Shown one piece after another: positions 1 to 10,122 of a stretch of 64,000 bases of DNA. The DNA comes from an uncultured Acidobacteriaceae bacterium (GTDB lineage Bacteria > Acidobacteriota > Terriglobia > Terriglobales > Acidobacteriaceae). Numbering within the stretch: position 1 is the stretch's first letter; the number at the start of each line of letters is the position of its first letter. The DNA is taken from positions 499,732 to 563,731 of the forward strand of contig CAVUON010000005.1 of the NCBI GenBank assembly GCA_963743135.1. Direction: 5' to 3'. The translations under genes and the position numbers were made by a program. The notes beneath the pieces were generated by a model. The model saw nothing but the letters and a program-made list of their open reading frames with translations. It was not told the DNA's origin and did no database searches.

Positions 1-2
1 GC

Positions 3-908
3 TTTCTTGCGCGACACGGAGTCGGAGCGTACTTGCCTACAACTGTAAGCGCACCGATCGATTCGACGCTGAAGTCTCTGGACGGTATGGCGAAGTTGAT
101 CGGAAGCCGTGACTACGGCGCTCGCCCGCTCGGCGTTCATATTGAAGGACCGTTTCTGTCGCCACACAAAAAGGGAGCGCACCCGGCCGGCCTGCTGCGG
201 ACGCCGTCTGTCGAGCTATTTGATCGCATGTGGGAGGCTTCGGCGGGGACGATCCGACTGATGACGATCGCGCCTGAGTTACCGAACGCGCCGGAAGTAA
301 TCGCCCGTGCCACGAGCCTTGGCGTGCGCGTCAGCATGGGTCACAGCGACGCCGATGCGGCCGCTGCGAAGGGCGGCGTGCGGGCCGGCGCCGTGAGCGC
401 GACTCACACGTTCAATGCTATGCGGAGTTTTGATCATCGCGCGGCGGGGCTGCTGGGTGAAGTGCTGACTAACCAAGCTCTTTTCGCTGAAATCATCAGC
501 GACGGTTTGCACGTTGATCCGGCCGCCGTGAGAATCTACTGGAAATGTAAAGGTCCTGACCGCGCCATGCTGATTACGGACGCCATGGCCGCGGCTGGAA
601 TGCCCGACGGCAATTACAAGCTGGGCGAGCTTGATGTGCGCGTTAAAAACGGCGTCTGCCTGGTGGGTGAAAACACGCTTGCGGGAAGCACACTGACGCT
701 GGATCGCGGTGTCAGGAACTTTGCGGCGTTCACCGGCGCACCTATTGAGGAAGTGGCACGCCTGGTTAGCCGAAACCCCGCGCGGATGACGGGCCTGGAG
801 ACCGAAGTCAGTTCGCTCGGGGTAGGCAGCGCGGCGGATATTACGGTGCTTTCGGCGAAGAATGAGGTTGTCGAGACATTCCTGCGGGGACAGCCGGCAG
901 GGAAGTAA
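3..908 (+). CDS. nagA: N-acetylglucosamine-6-phosphate deacetylase, C-terminal ~300 aa (5' end lies outside the window)
   Basis: Frame is open from the window edge. NagA-like motifs present: HIEGPFLS, MGHSDA, ATHTFNAM, ISDGLHV, ITDAMAAAG. Confidence 0.85.
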   Translation, partial: FLARHGVGAYLPTTVSAPIDSTLKSLDGMAKLIGSRDYGARPLGVHIEGPFLSPHKKGAHPAGLLRTPSVELFDRMWEASAGTIRLMTIAPELPNAPEVIARATSLGVRVSMGHSDADAAAAKGGVRAGAVSATHTFNAMRSFDHRAAGLLGEVLTNQALFAEIISDGLHVDPAAVRIYWKCKGPDRAMLITDAMAAAGMPDGNYKLGELDVRVKNGVCLVGENTLAGSTLTLDRGVRNFAAFTGAPIEEVARLVSRNPARMTGLETEVSSLGVGSAADITVLSAKNEVVETFLRGQPAGK

Positions 909-963
909 GCAGCCTCAATTCCTGGTTACGAAATCGGCATTGCTGTGTCCGCCGTCGCCCGAA

Positions 964-2037
964 TTATGGCCTGGCCTCGTAGACGATGTTGAAGGGCGTT
1001 TCCGTTGCTCTACGGAAGCGGGTGAATCCGGCTGACGTGACCACTTCCCGAATCCGCGCTTCACCTGCCTGCGCACCCAGGCACAGCGCCACTTCCTGAG
1101 ACCGTGAACAAGGGGTGCACAGCAGCGTTGAAAAGCCATAATAGACCCGCCCGAGGGGATTCAGGTTGTCCGTCATCTGATCGTTCGCAAATGGTTCGAC
1201 GATCATCCATGCGCCGTCTTTGGCCAGCGATTGCCGGACGTGCTTTGCAGCCCCGACTGGATCGCCCATGTCGTGCAGGCAGTCGAAAACGGTTATGAAG
1301 TCGTAGTCCTTTCCCGGAAAATCTTTTGCTTTGGACACGGTGAACGTGACTCGATCTGAAAGACCTTCACGGCTGGCCGACTCGCGAGCGCCTTCAATCG
1401 ACTTGTCATGGTAGTCGAACCCGACGAATTGAGACTTGGGAAACGCCTTCGCCATCAGCCGTGTCGAAGCGCCTTTTCCGCACCCTATATCGGCCACCTT
1501 CGCTCCCGCTTCGAGTTTTTCCTTCACGCCGTTGAGCGCGGGAATCCACGCGCTGACAAGGTTGGCGGCATAGCCGGGACGGAAAAACTTCTCGCATCCG
1601 TGAAAGACGCCGTCAACGTGTTCACCCCAGCCCATTCCGGCGCCGGTGCGAAAGCACTCGGTAATGCGCGGGACGGCGGCCAGCGATGCCAGAGCCAGTT
1701 CAAACGCTCCGGGCAGATACGCGGGGCTGTCTTCGTTGGCCAGCGTGAAGGCCTGTTCAGTATCGAGGCTGAATTTCTTTGTCTTTTCATCGTAGGTGAT
1801 ATAGCCTCCCGCGGCTTGCGACGCCAGCCATTCACGTAAATATCGTTCGTCTGTTCCGGTCTTTTTGGCGAGTTCTGCAGAACTCATTGGACCTTCGGCC
1901 AGCGCCTTGTAAAGTCCAAGATTCTCTCCGATAACGACCATTCCGGTGTGGACGGCGGCGCCCAGATCGGTCACGAACCGTCCCAGAAAAGCATTCAATT
2001 TGTCCATGTCAGGCATGGCAGCCGTTGCTGTGCTCAT
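964..2037 (-). CDS. Class I SAM-dependent methyltransferase with N-terminal winged-helix-like domain
   Basis: SAM-binding motif VADIGCGKG followed by DFITVFDCLHDM. Start placed at ATG 2037 (MSTATAAMPD); the longer ORF to 2127 has an implausible N-terminus. Confidence 0.75.
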   Translation of the reverse strand: MSTATAAMPDMDKLNAFLGRFVTDLGAAVHTGMVVIGENLGLYKALAEGPMSSAELAKKTGTDERYLREWLASQAAGGYITYDEKTKKFSLDTEQAFTLANEDSPAYLPGAFELALASLAAVPRITECFRTGAGMGWGEHVDGVFHGCEKFFRPGYAANLVSAWIPALNGVKEKLEAGAKVADIGCGKGASTRLMAKAFPKSQFVGFDYHDKSIEGARESASREGLSDRVTFTVSKAKDFPGKDYDFITVFDCLHDMGDPVGAAKHVRQSLAKDGAWMIVEPFANDQMTDNLNPLGRVYYGFSTLLCTPCSRSQEVALCLGAQAGEARIREVVTSAGFTRFRRATETPFNIVYEARP

Positions 2038-2232
2038 TGCGATATGACTCCTTAAATTATTTGGTGGAGGTGCCTTCAGGTCTGGGCAGTCGAGCGCGGG
2101 ATTTAGAGCGAGAAACTTGCAAGGCACACTAGTGGAGGGGATTTTGCGCCCCAGCCGGTGCCGAAGTCAAGATCGGGGACGTTGCATGAGCGGACCGGAA
2201 AGCGGGCCGGGCGTCCGGCAGAATGGATCTCT

Positions 2233-2793
2233 TTATGCGAGGTACTTTTCCAGTGGGCCCCAGTAGTGTCCCTGCCAACCCTCTGCGAGTTCCTGCGCCC
2301 GCCCCTTTGGAAAGCCTTTATGGTCGAACACAAGTTTGGTTCCTGAGTCCTGTTCGAACAGTTGAAACTGGGCAATCGAATAGACGCCATCTTGCCATGT
2401 GACCACACGCCAAGCCTGCACTAGGCGGACGGCGGGGACCAACTCGATCTGTCGCCCGATGATGTGGCCTCCGAAGAGCGTAAACGCGCCGCCCGCTTCA
2501 CTGGAGATTGATGTGGGCGTGCTTCCAGCGGCCATGACCATTTGCGCCGCTTCACCAAGACGTTCGATTTGATCAAATTGCTTCGTGTTGGTCAGTGCTG
2601 CATAAACCCGCTCGCGGCTGGCTTTAAATACCCGCTCCTGATGGATGGCTTCGCCGGTATTGGAAATTTCTCCCTCGGGAGCGGCCCACGCTTCGGTCAT
2701 GTCAAATGCCAGACTGGCAATCGCGGCGGCACTCCCGGTGATGATCTGCCTTCGGCTGGCCAAAAACAAAGGGCGGCTGGTTGTATGCTGCAT
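2233..2793 (-). CDS. SRPBCC/AHSA1-like domain protein with twin-arginine (Tat) signal
   Basis: SRRQIITGSAAAIASLAF Tat-type signal, then an Aha1/SRPBCC-like core (RERVYAALTNTKQF ... LVFDHKGFP). Start at ATG 2793. Confidence 0.65.
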   Translation of the reverse strand: MQHTTSRPLFLASRRQIITGSAAAIASLAFDMTEAWAAPEGEISNTGEAIHQERVFKASRERVYAALTNTKQFDQIERLGEAAQMVMAAGSTPTSISSEAGGAFTLFGGHIIGRQIELVPAVRLVQAWRVVTWQDGVYSIAQFQLFEQDSGTKLVFDHKGFPKGRAQELAEGWQGHYWGPLEKYLA

Positions 2794-2951
2794 CGTTTCC
2801 TCCATGCTGGGTTGCAGTGCGCCCGGGCCGCAAAGGCGTGAAGGTGAATGCGGAGGCACGAACACGAGGGCCTGTTCCTGGAGGCCGATCGCGCGGCTAC
2901 CATGAAACGCCGGTTGTCGGCGAAATGCAACAGAGCCGCGACGGAGACGCT

Positions 2952-3884
2952 TTACTTCACCGTAATGTGCGGCGATTTGATCGCCTGTCGTGCTCGCCAG
3001 AGCGCGCCCTCGAGCGGATCGACGGCCTCGGGAAGAATCTCCACCGCGGGCAGGATGCGCCGGATGGTTTCGATCATGCTTTCGCGCACGAACGCTACCT
3101 TGTCAAGAATGCTGCCTGTGAATGCGATGGCGGGGATCGGTTGTTCCGGTTCGATCCGGCGCACGTGGCGAAAGGCTTCGGCGGCGTCTTCGCCCAGCAG
3201 GCGTCCGCCGCGTTCCAGAACTTCCAGCGCTACTCGGTCGCCTTCTTCGGCACACTCCACAACGATGCGGGCGAGCAGGGAGAAATCCGGACCGGGCCTC
3301 TCATTTGCGATGTTGACGACTTCTTCCAGAGGCTCGTTCCAGAACTTTACAACGCGATCGAGAATTCGCGTGGGCTGTCCAAAGTCCTTTGCGCGAAAGG
3401 CCGCGCGCAGCGCCCGGTGGCCGATCCAGTAGCCTGATGCCTGATCGCCGAGCGTCGGTCCCCACCCTCCCACTGTGAGAAGTTTGCCCGTGCTGGTGCG
3501 GCCCAGTGTGTTGGAGCCGGTTCCCGCCATGGCCAGCACGCCAGCGCCGCCGGGGAAGGCCGCATCGAGTGCAATCTCCTCGTCGCCGCACACGTCAATC
3601 GCGCCGCCTGCGCAGCGGGAGATGATTTGCCGCATCCATTTATCGGTCTGCGGCAGCCGCAGGCCTGCCGTGCCTACGCACGATGCGGCAATCTGCCGCA
3701 TGTCAACACCACTCTGCCGGGCCACGTCCGCGAGCAGCGCAGCGAGGTTCTCCTGAGCCTGCTCCAGGCTGACGCGCAGCGGCTTGATGCTGCCACCGGC
3801 TGCGCGTACCAGAATATGAGTGTCGTCACCCAATGCGGCTGCTGTCTTTGTGCCGCCTGCGTCAAGGCCGAGGAAAAATGCCAT
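2952..3884 (-). CDS. BadF/BadG/BcrA/BcrD-type ATPase, N-acetylglucosamine kinase-like
   Basis: N-terminal LGLDAGGTKT phosphate-1 motif and AMAGTGSN motif. Sits near nagA. Confidence 0.75.
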   Translation of the reverse strand: MAFFLGLDAGGTKTAAALGDDTHILVRAAGGSIKPLRVSLEQAQENLAALLADVARQSGVDMRQIAASCVGTAGLRLPQTDKWMRQIISRCAGGAIDVCGDEEIALDAAFPGGAGVLAMAGTGSNTLGRTSTGKLLTVGGWGPTLGDQASGYWIGHRALRAAFRAKDFGQPTRILDRVVKFWNEPLEEVVNIANERPGPDFSLLARIVVECAEEGDRVALEVLERGGRLLGEDAAEAFRHVRRIEPEQPIPAIAFTGSILDKVAFVRESMIETIRRILPAVEILPEAVDPLEGALWRARQAIKSPHITVK

Positions 3885-3887
3885 CGT

Positions 3888-5180
3888 CTACTGCGCCGCC
3901 TTGCCGCGCAACGCAATCGAGAGCACGTTCGGGCTGCCATCGACCTTCGGGCTATTCAGGTCGAGAATTTTCACGATCATGGGAAACACGTTTACGTTCT
4001 CGAAGGGCTTCAGCTTTGTTCCGGAGCGAATGTCGGGCCCCTCGGCAAAAAATATCGCGCGCATCGAAGTCATCTCAAAGGGATTGTAGCCGTGCTCCCC
4101 GATTGGCGTGAAACCCGCAGGCTTTCCGGCGGCGGGCGAGTGGGCGCGAATAAGAAACGGGCCCTGGGGCACGATTACCGGGTCGCCTTCGCGCGGATTG
4201 TCGTTGAAGTGCAGTTCTGCCGGAACATTCGCGCGGCGATAGACCATGAATCCAGCATGCGCCGCCTTCAATTTCTGATAGGCATGGTCGGCGTCGGCTT
4301 CCGTGTTGGGATAAAGGAGGGATCCGACGGTTGTGAAGTTGTCGAGGTTCGCGTATTTGTCCAGTGTGATCCAGTCGCCCTCGACTCGCGCCATTCCATG
4401 ATCGGCCACCACGATCAGGTCAATGGGCAGATGCAAGGCGTTCAACTTTTCCTCAAGCTGTCCTATCAATGCATCCACATGATGCACGGCCTCTCGCACC
4501 TGCACGCTGTCGGGGCCATGCAGATGGCCTTGATGGTCCACGTCGGGGTAGTACAGGGTGATGAAGTGCGGGCGCTGCTCCGGCGGCAGCTTGAGCCACG
4601 CGATCACCTGGTCGATACGCTGGTCGTCGGGATAATTTTCGCTGTAGTGCAGGTAAAAGGAAGGGCGTTCCCCGGCAATCTTTGCTTCCGACCCCGGCCA
4701 GAAGAAGCAAGCTGTGCGCATGCCCTGCTTCTCGGCCAGCGACCAAAGCGGAACGCCTCCGTACCACGAGCCGTCTGTGACGGTCCGTGCGTCATGCAGG
4801 GAAAAGGTTTCTTTGCGCGTGGGATCGTAGAACGAGTTGGCAACAATGCCGTGGTGTTCGGGATAGAGCCCCGTCACCAGCGTGTAGTGATTTGGAAAGG
4901 TGAGCGAAGGGTAGGCGGGAATCATGCCTTCGGGCGCGCTGGCACCACGAGCGCCGATGGCGAGCAGGTGCCTGGCGTCATACTTCTTCGGATAGTCGTA
5001 GCGAAAACCGTCGAGCGAAACCAGCACCACATAATGCTTGTCGAGCTGCGCGGCGGCGTTTGGTCCGTTGTCGACGGCGATAACCGGCGTAACGTCCTGG
5101 GCTCGAAGTGCGGGGAACCACGTCGCCAGACCGGTAAGGAGAGCGGCGAGAAGAGCGATCCGGCGAAGCATGCGAGACAT
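3888..5180 (-). CDS. Secreted nucleotide pyrophosphatase/phosphodiesterase (alkaline-phosphatase superfamily, NPP type)
   Basis: Signal peptide. Motifs VSLDGFRYDY, PSLTFPNHYTLVTGLYPEHHGIV, DHGM. Confidence 0.8.
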   Translation of the reverse strand: MSRMLRRIALLAALLTGLATWFPALRAQDVTPVIAVDNGPNAAAQLDKHYVVLVSLDGFRYDYPKKYDARHLLAIGARGASAPEGMIPAYPSLTFPNHYTLVTGLYPEHHGIVANSFYDPTRKETFSLHDARTVTDGSWYGGVPLWSLAEKQGMRTACFFWPGSEAKIAGERPSFYLHYSENYPDDQRIDQVIAWLKLPPEQRPHFITLYYPDVDHQGHLHGPDSVQVREAVHHVDALIGQLEEKLNALHLPIDLIVVADHGMARVEGDWITLDKYANLDNFTTVGSLLYPNTEADADHAYQKLKAAHAGFMVYRRANVPAELHFNDNPREGDPVIVPQGPFLIRAHSPAAGKPAGFTPIGEHGYNPFEMTSMRAIFFAEGPDIRSGTKLKPFENVNVFPMIVKILDLNSPKVDGSPNVLSIALRGKAAQ

Positions 5181-5217
5181 GAGAGATCCTTTTCCGGCAG
5201 CAGCGGTGCGATCTGGC

Positions 5218-5760
5218 TCAGCGAATCAGAAATGCCCACGCGGCGATCAACACGCCCGCCGCGCCGAACACCATTCCCAAATACCAGTAGGCTCGCAGCC
5301 GCGTAAGCAAGGTGATGGACGTGATAACCAGGCCGATCTCGAGCAGAGCTTCACCCAAATCGAAGCGGTTAGCGTGGCGTTCCGATTTGCGAACTTCGGC
5401 CTCAAGCTCCGTGGCTTTGGCCTCCTCGTCTTTGAGGTCGTCGTCCCATTTCGCCAGGTGAGTCTTGTAGGCGTCTGTGATCTTTTTCGCGCTGTCGGGG
5501 TCGCGCAAGGGCAGCGCACTCAGGAGGTCGACCGTCAACCCCGTGTTGTATTGGCGAATCTTTTTCGCCTGATAGAGGTTCCACTGGTCGCTGGCCCGCG
5601 CCTGCTCGAGCACGGCCTCAGTATGCGTGCGATGGCCGATCACGGTAGTCACCGCGACCAGCACCGCCAGCACGCTCATGGTGAAGCTCACGGGACGCAG
5701 GCTGTTTTCCCGCGCCCTTTCGCTTTGTTCCTCTAATTCCTGAACTTCATCAGGTTCCAT
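5218..5760 (-). CDS. DUF4337-family membrane protein
   Basis: Coiled N-terminal part, central TM, C-terminal NRFDLGEALLEIGLVITSITLL pattern typical of DUF4337. Confidence 0.6.
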   Translation of the reverse strand: MEPDEVQELEEQSERARENSLRPVSFTMSVLAVLVAVTTVIGHRTHTEAVLEQARASDQWNLYQAKKIRQYNTGLTVDLLSALPLRDPDSAKKITDAYKTHLAKWDDDLKDEEAKATELEAEVRKSERHANRFDLGEALLEIGLVITSITLLTRLRAYWYLGMVFGAAGVLIAAWAFLIR

Positions 5761-5819
5761 ATATTTGTTCGACCCACCACAGTGTAAGGGTCAAGAGTCG
5801 GCAGCGTCGAGAATTCATA

Positions 5820-6974
5820 TTATTTCTTCTTAGACAGAGCCTCAATCTCTGAGCCGGCCAGAAGAAACGCGCCAACACCGTACACATAGCTGGAAGTAGG
5901 CGAGTAGACTCCGGGAGCGGCTCCGATGGGTTGAATGCAGCCCAGGCGGCCATCGTCATACACGTGCTCGAGCAATCCCTGCCAGCCCCTGGTGACTACA
6001 GGAAGGTAGGTCGCGCGGTCGAGCATGCCATGATTGACGCCCCACGCCATTGCATAGATAAAAAAGGCCGATCCTGAGACTTCGGGCAGCGGATACGCCT
6101 GAGCGTCAAGCAGGCCGGGACGCCAAAGGCCGTCCCTGCCCTGGAGTGAGGCCACGCGTTGGGCCATCTGGCGGAACTGGTCAATGTATTTCGGGCGGCT
6201 CGGATAATCGGCCGGCATCGCGTCCAGTACGCGCGCCAGACCGGCCATTACCCAGCCGTTGCCGCGGGACCAGAAGAGTTTTTCGCCGTTGGCTTCGTGT
6301 TTTGTGAGATAGGTGGCGTCGCGGGAGTAGAGATGCTGCTGCGGGTCATACAGCAGAGTGGAGGTGATCCACCATTCGCGGTCCATGTAGTTGAGGTACG
6401 CCAAATCGCCGGTGGCGCTGAAAAGCCGCGCCCAGACTGGAGGAGCCATGAAGAGCGCATCGCACCACCACCAGACCGGCTTGGCGGGGTTGTCTGGCTG
6501 CGTCATCAGGGCATTGAACTGTTCTTGAGTAGGAACAAACATGTGCGGCTCGCGGTAATCGCGATAAAGAGCGAGGTAGGTCTGCGCTATTGCCTGATCG
6601 TCGGCATGGGCCTTGCGCGGACCCGGCGTCCACGCAAAGTGGTTGCCCATGTCCAGCATCGCCGCCTCGTAGCGAGGCTCGGGCAACGCTCTGGCTGCGG
6701 CCATGTATCCGGCATAGAGCGCCGCAAAGGTCCAGTCGCGGCTGAAGTAGAGCTGGGCGCGCGCGAGTTCCCAGTCGCCCACTTTGCGCATGGCCGCGGC
6801 AACGGCGGGACGCCGGAGCTCGGGAGACAGATGCGCCAGAGGAGGCGTGTGATCCAGAGAGTCGCCCACTCCTGCATTTGAGGAGGGACCGGGAGGCGGA
6901 GTGGTTTGGCTGTTCAAGCCGGATGAGCAAAGAAAGAGGAGGATGGCAATGGAAACGAAGAATCCGGAACGCAT
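5820..6974 (-). CDS. Unsaturated rhamnogalacturonyl hydrolase (GH105 / YteR-like), secreted
   Basis: Signal peptide. Motifs WWCDALFMAPP, FWSRGNGWVMAGL, SGSAFFIYAMAWG. Lies in the pectin locus. Confidence 0.8.
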   Translation of the reverse strand: MRSGFFVSIAILLFLCSSGLNSQTTPPPGPSSNAGVGDSLDHTPPLAHLSPELRRPAVAAAMRKVGDWELARAQLYFSRDWTFAALYAGYMAAARALPEPRYEAAMLDMGNHFAWTPGPRKAHADDQAIAQTYLALYRDYREPHMFVPTQEQFNALMTQPDNPAKPVWWWCDALFMAPPVWARLFSATGDLAYLNYMDREWWITSTLLYDPQQHLYSRDATYLTKHEANGEKLFWSRGNGWVMAGLARVLDAMPADYPSRPKYIDQFRQMAQRVASLQGRDGLWRPGLLDAQAYPLPEVSGSAFFIYAMAWGVNHGMLDRATYLPVVTRGWQGLLEHVYDDGRLGCIQPIGAAPGVYSPTSSYVYGVGAFLLAGSEIEALSKKK

Positions 6975-7010
6975 GAATCTCCTGAAAAATGCGATAACTT
7001 CGGCAACGCC

Positions 7011-7976
7011 ATGATATACGGCAGACGGGCCCCGGCGGACTGTTTCGGCGAGTGCGTTAGTCTGGCAAATGGAGCGATTGAGGCGAGCGTGATACGAAGA
7101 AATCTGAATTTGAGGGGGACGTGGACCAAGCTTAAGCGCGGCGTTGCTTTGTCCGTGCCGGGACTGTTGCTCCTTTGGGGCGCGTCATTCTGCCGGGCTG
7201 CGGCGCAAACTGAATCGGCTTCTACAGCCAGCATCGGACAAGGGAAGACGGTGATGGTGGACGCATGGTTCAACAGCCAGCAGCGGATGAATGCGGCCGG
7301 GCAGAAAGTCTACTTCCATTACAAGTGGGACGACACGAGCGAGACCGGGTTCTCGCTTCTCGGGCAGATCTTTCATCGCTACGGTGCAAAGACCGATACG
7401 CTGTACACGGCTCCGACGGTGAAGAAATTGAATGCGGCGCAGATTTACATCATCGCGTCGCCTGATATACCTGCGAAAAATCCGCATCCGCACTATGTGC
7501 AGCCGCGGGACGCGCAGCAGGTAGCGAAATGGGTGAAGCAGGGAGGGGTGCTGGTTCTAATGGAGAACGACCCGGCCAATGCGGACATCGATCATTTGAA
7601 CCTGCTTGCCCAGTACTTTGGGATTCATTTCAATGACGTGCTTAGCCATCACGTGATTGGACATCAGATTGAAAGCGGACGAATTCCAGTGAGCGGAGAG
7701 GGTCCGGTGTTTCATCATCCGCACACGCTTTACATGAAAGACACTTGTACGCTCTCAGTCGAGAGACCCGCTGTTCCGCTGCTGACGGACAAGGGACAGA
7801 TCGTTATGGCAAGCGCGAAGTACGGCAAGGGAACTGTGTTTGCCGTCGTCGATCCCTGGCTCTACAACGAGTACACAAATGGCCGTAATCTTCCGGCGCA
7901 GTATGACAATTACGCGGCGGGGGAAGAGTGGGCGCGCTGGCTGCTTGAGCAGGCGCCGGATTACAGCGGGAACTAA
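7011..7976 (+). CDS. Secreted protein of unknown function (possibly GATase1-like/DUF4350-like fold)
   Basis: Long ORF with an internal signal-peptide-like stretch (KLKRGVALSVPGLLLLWGASFCRAAAQ). The true start may be an in-frame GTG/TTG near 7089-7110. The function call is a guess. Confidence 0.5.
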   Translation: MIYGRRAPADCFGECVSLANGAIEASVIRRNLNLRGTWTKLKRGVALSVPGLLLLWGASFCRAAAQTESASTASIGQGKTVMVDAWFNSQQRMNAAGQKVYFHYKWDDTSETGFSLLGQIFHRYGAKTDTLYTAPTVKKLNAAQIYIIASPDIPAKNPHPHYVQPRDAQQVAKWVKQGGVLVLMENDPANADIDHLNLLAQYFGIHFNDVLSHHVIGHQIESGRIPVSGEGPVFHHPHTLYMKDTCTLSVERPAVPLLTDKGQIVMASAKYGKGTVFAVVDPWLYNEYTNGRNLPAQYDNYAAGEEWARWLLEQAPDYSGN

Positions 7977-7999
7977 TAGAGTTTTACCTCAGGAGGTAT

Positions 8000-8830
8000 A
8001 TGAAGACGTATCTGATGGCTGACCCTGTGCGCTATCCTCGCATGACGACGGCGGAGATTCGGGAGACTTTCCTTGTTGATTCGCTCTATGCGCCGGGGGA
8101 GTTGCGCGTGGTTTATCTCGATCTCGACCGGGCGGTGGTCGGGATGGCCGCGCCACTGGCCCATCCTGTCTCGCTGACGTCCGATCCGGCTCTGCGCGCG
8201 AATTATTTCACGGAGCGACGCGAGCTGGGCGCTCTGAACATCGGCGGCAGCGGATCGATCCAGGTCGATGGCGAGACTTACGTGCTCGAGAATCTGGATT
8301 GCCTTTATATCGGGCGCGGCAATGCTGAGATTTCGTTTACTTCGAATGACCCAGGTTCGCCCGCTATTTTCTATCTTCTGAGCTATCCGGCGCACGCCGC
8401 TTATCCCACGAAGTTAATCCGCAAGGCGGAGGCGATTCCGACGGAGCTGGGCAGCGCGGAGACATGCAACCGCCGCACGGTATGTAAGTACATCTTTCTC
8501 GACGGGGCCAGGAGCTGCCAGTTGGTCATGGGAGTTACGCACCTTGAACCGGGAAGCGTATGGAACACGATGCCCGCGCATACGCACATGCGCCGCTCGG
8601 AGATCTATATGTATTTCAATGTGGCAGACGACGCCCGCGTCTTTCACATGATGGGGCCAGCGGATGAGACGCGCCATATTGTGATGAAGAATCGCGAGGT
8701 GGCCGTGTCGCCCGGCTGGTCGATCCATTCAGGCGTGGCCACGCGCTCCTACAGCTTTTGCTGGGGAATGGGCGGCGAAAATCAGGATTACGCGGACATG
8801 GATCCCGTTCTGATAGAAAGCCTGCGCTGA
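8000..8830 (+). CDS. kduI: 5-dehydro-4-deoxy-D-glucuronate isomerase
   Basis: Full-length KduI-like sequence (276 aa; NTMPAHTHMRRSEIYMYF, WGMGGENQDY). Confidence 0.9.
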   Translation: MKTYLMADPVRYPRMTTAEIRETFLVDSLYAPGELRVVYLDLDRAVVGMAAPLAHPVSLTSDPALRANYFTERRELGALNIGGSGSIQVDGETYVLENLDCLYIGRGNAEISFTSNDPGSPAIFYLLSYPAHAAYPTKLIRKAEAIPTELGSAETCNRRTVCKYIFLDGARSCQLVMGVTHLEPGSVWNTMPAHTHMRRSEIYMYFNVADDARVFHMMGPADETRHIVMKNREVAVSPGWSIHSGVATRSYSFCWGMGGENQDYADMDPVLIESLR

Positions 8831-8868
8831 ATTAATTGGATTTGGTTCAATCCCCCATGGAGGGATCA

Positions 8869-9333
8869 ATGAAATTTATATTTGGTTTCATCCTTGCGCT
8901 GCTGGCTGTTCCAGCGTTCGCACAAACGACGAAGGAGAGCGATGTCTTCACTGCAAAAGACATGAAGACCAAGCTGGCTCTTCTGGAAGAGGCGTCAAAG
9001 GCATCCGGCAGCGGCGGCGCAAAGCTCGGCGACTACGGGAACCATTCGATCGCGCTCTCGGTGCGTAGCAGCAGCGGCGGAGCCGAGGTCCATGCGCACT
9101 ACGATGATATTTTTCTGGTTACGCAAGGGAAAGCGGCACTCATCACCGGAGGCACGGTTGTTGATGCGAAAACCGGCGCGGACGGCGAAACGAAGGGAAC
9201 CAAAGTGCAGGGTGGGAAGGTTCAAACGATTGCAGTTGGTGACGTGGTTCACATTCCGGCTGGAACGCCGCATCAATTGATCATCGCGCCGGGAGCGACA
9301 TACAGCTCCGTTGTGATCAAGGTGAAGGAATAG
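8869..9333 (+). CDS. Secreted cupin-domain protein
   Basis: GGAGGG RBS before ATG 8869. Signal peptide MKFIFGFILALLAVPAFAQ. Cupin motif GDVVHIPAGTPHQ. Confidence 0.65.
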   Translation: MKFIFGFILALLAVPAFAQTTKESDVFTAKDMKTKLALLEEASKASGSGGAKLGDYGNHSIALSVRSSSGGAEVHAHYDDIFLVTQGKAALITGGTVVDAKTGADGETKGTKVQGGKVQTIAVGDVVHIPAGTPHQLIIAPGATYSSVVIKVKE

Positions 9334-9357
9334 AGGATCGGTTGCCGGGCTCTGGTA

Positions 9358-10122
9358 TCAGCGTGACATCCAGCCGCCATCGACTACCAGCACTTCGCCC
9401 GTGATGTAATCGCTCGCGGAAGATGACAGGAACACCGCTGCCCCGGCAAGGTCGGTGGGATCGCCCCAGCGCCCGGCGGGGATTCGTTCTATGATCTGTC
9501 GATTGCGCGTCTCATCCTGCTGCAGTGCCGACGTATTTCCGGTGCGAAAGTATCCCGGTGCGATGGCATTCACCTGCACGTTGCGCGCGGCCCATTCGTT
9601 GGCGAGCGCCTTGGTAAGCTGCGCGACTCCGCCCTTCGACGCGGCATAAGCGGCGACGCGAATTCCGCCTTGAAAGGACAGCAGGGATGCGATATTCAGA
9701 ATTTTGCCGCTGCGCCGCTCCAGCATCGGCTTCGCTGCAAGCTGGCAGAGGTGGAAAACGCTGTTCAGATTAACCTGCAACACTGACATCCAGGCCTGCA
9801 AGTCATAGTCTTCCGCAGCCTGGCGGTAGATCATTCCGGCATTATTCACGAGAATATCGGGCGCGCCCATTGCGCTTGAAACAGCGTGGTAGAGACTCTC
9901 TGCGCCGTCCGGAGTGCTCAGGTCGGCGGAAAAGTTCTGCGATCGGCCTCCTGTTTCGCGGATGCGGGCGCTGGTTTCATCGGCTGGTCTGCGGTTTCCG
10001 TGGCAGGCGACTGCAGCTCCAGCCTCTGCCAGCGCAATGGCGATGGCGGCACCAAGACCGCTCGCCGCGCCTGTTACCAAGGCGAGCTTGCCGTCCAGCC
10101 GGAATCGGTCGAGTATGGTCAT
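9358..10122 (-). CDS. kduD: 2-dehydro-3-deoxy-D-gluconate 5-dehydrogenase (SDR)
   Basis: TGAASGLG cofactor motif, YAASKGG catalytic motif, KduD-like length. Its ATG 10122 overlaps the eda stop (ATGA). Confidence 0.8.
   Translation of the reverse strand: MTILDRFRLDGKLALVTGAASGLGAAIAIALAEAGAAVACHGNRRPADETSARIRETGGRSQNFSADLSTPDGAESLYHAVSSAMGAPDILVNNAGMIYRQAAEDYDLQAWMSVLQVNLNSVFHLCQLAAKPMLERRSGKILNIASLLSFQGGIRVAAYAASKGGVAQLTKALANEWAARNVQVNAIAPGYFRTGNTSALQQDETRNRQIIERIPAGRWGDPTDLAGAAVFLSSSASDYITGEVLVVDGGWMSR

Noticed and set aside
3627-5306. 559-aa plus-strand ORF, and similar long ORFs at 28064-29326 (-), 21621-22757 (+), 1408-1839 (+), 13291-13836 (-) and 40173-40607 (-)
   Set aside because: These are shadow ORFs antisense to, or out of frame with, well-supported genes in high-GC DNA. 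Their translations are Arg/Pro/Gly-rich low-complexity sequences with no motifs.
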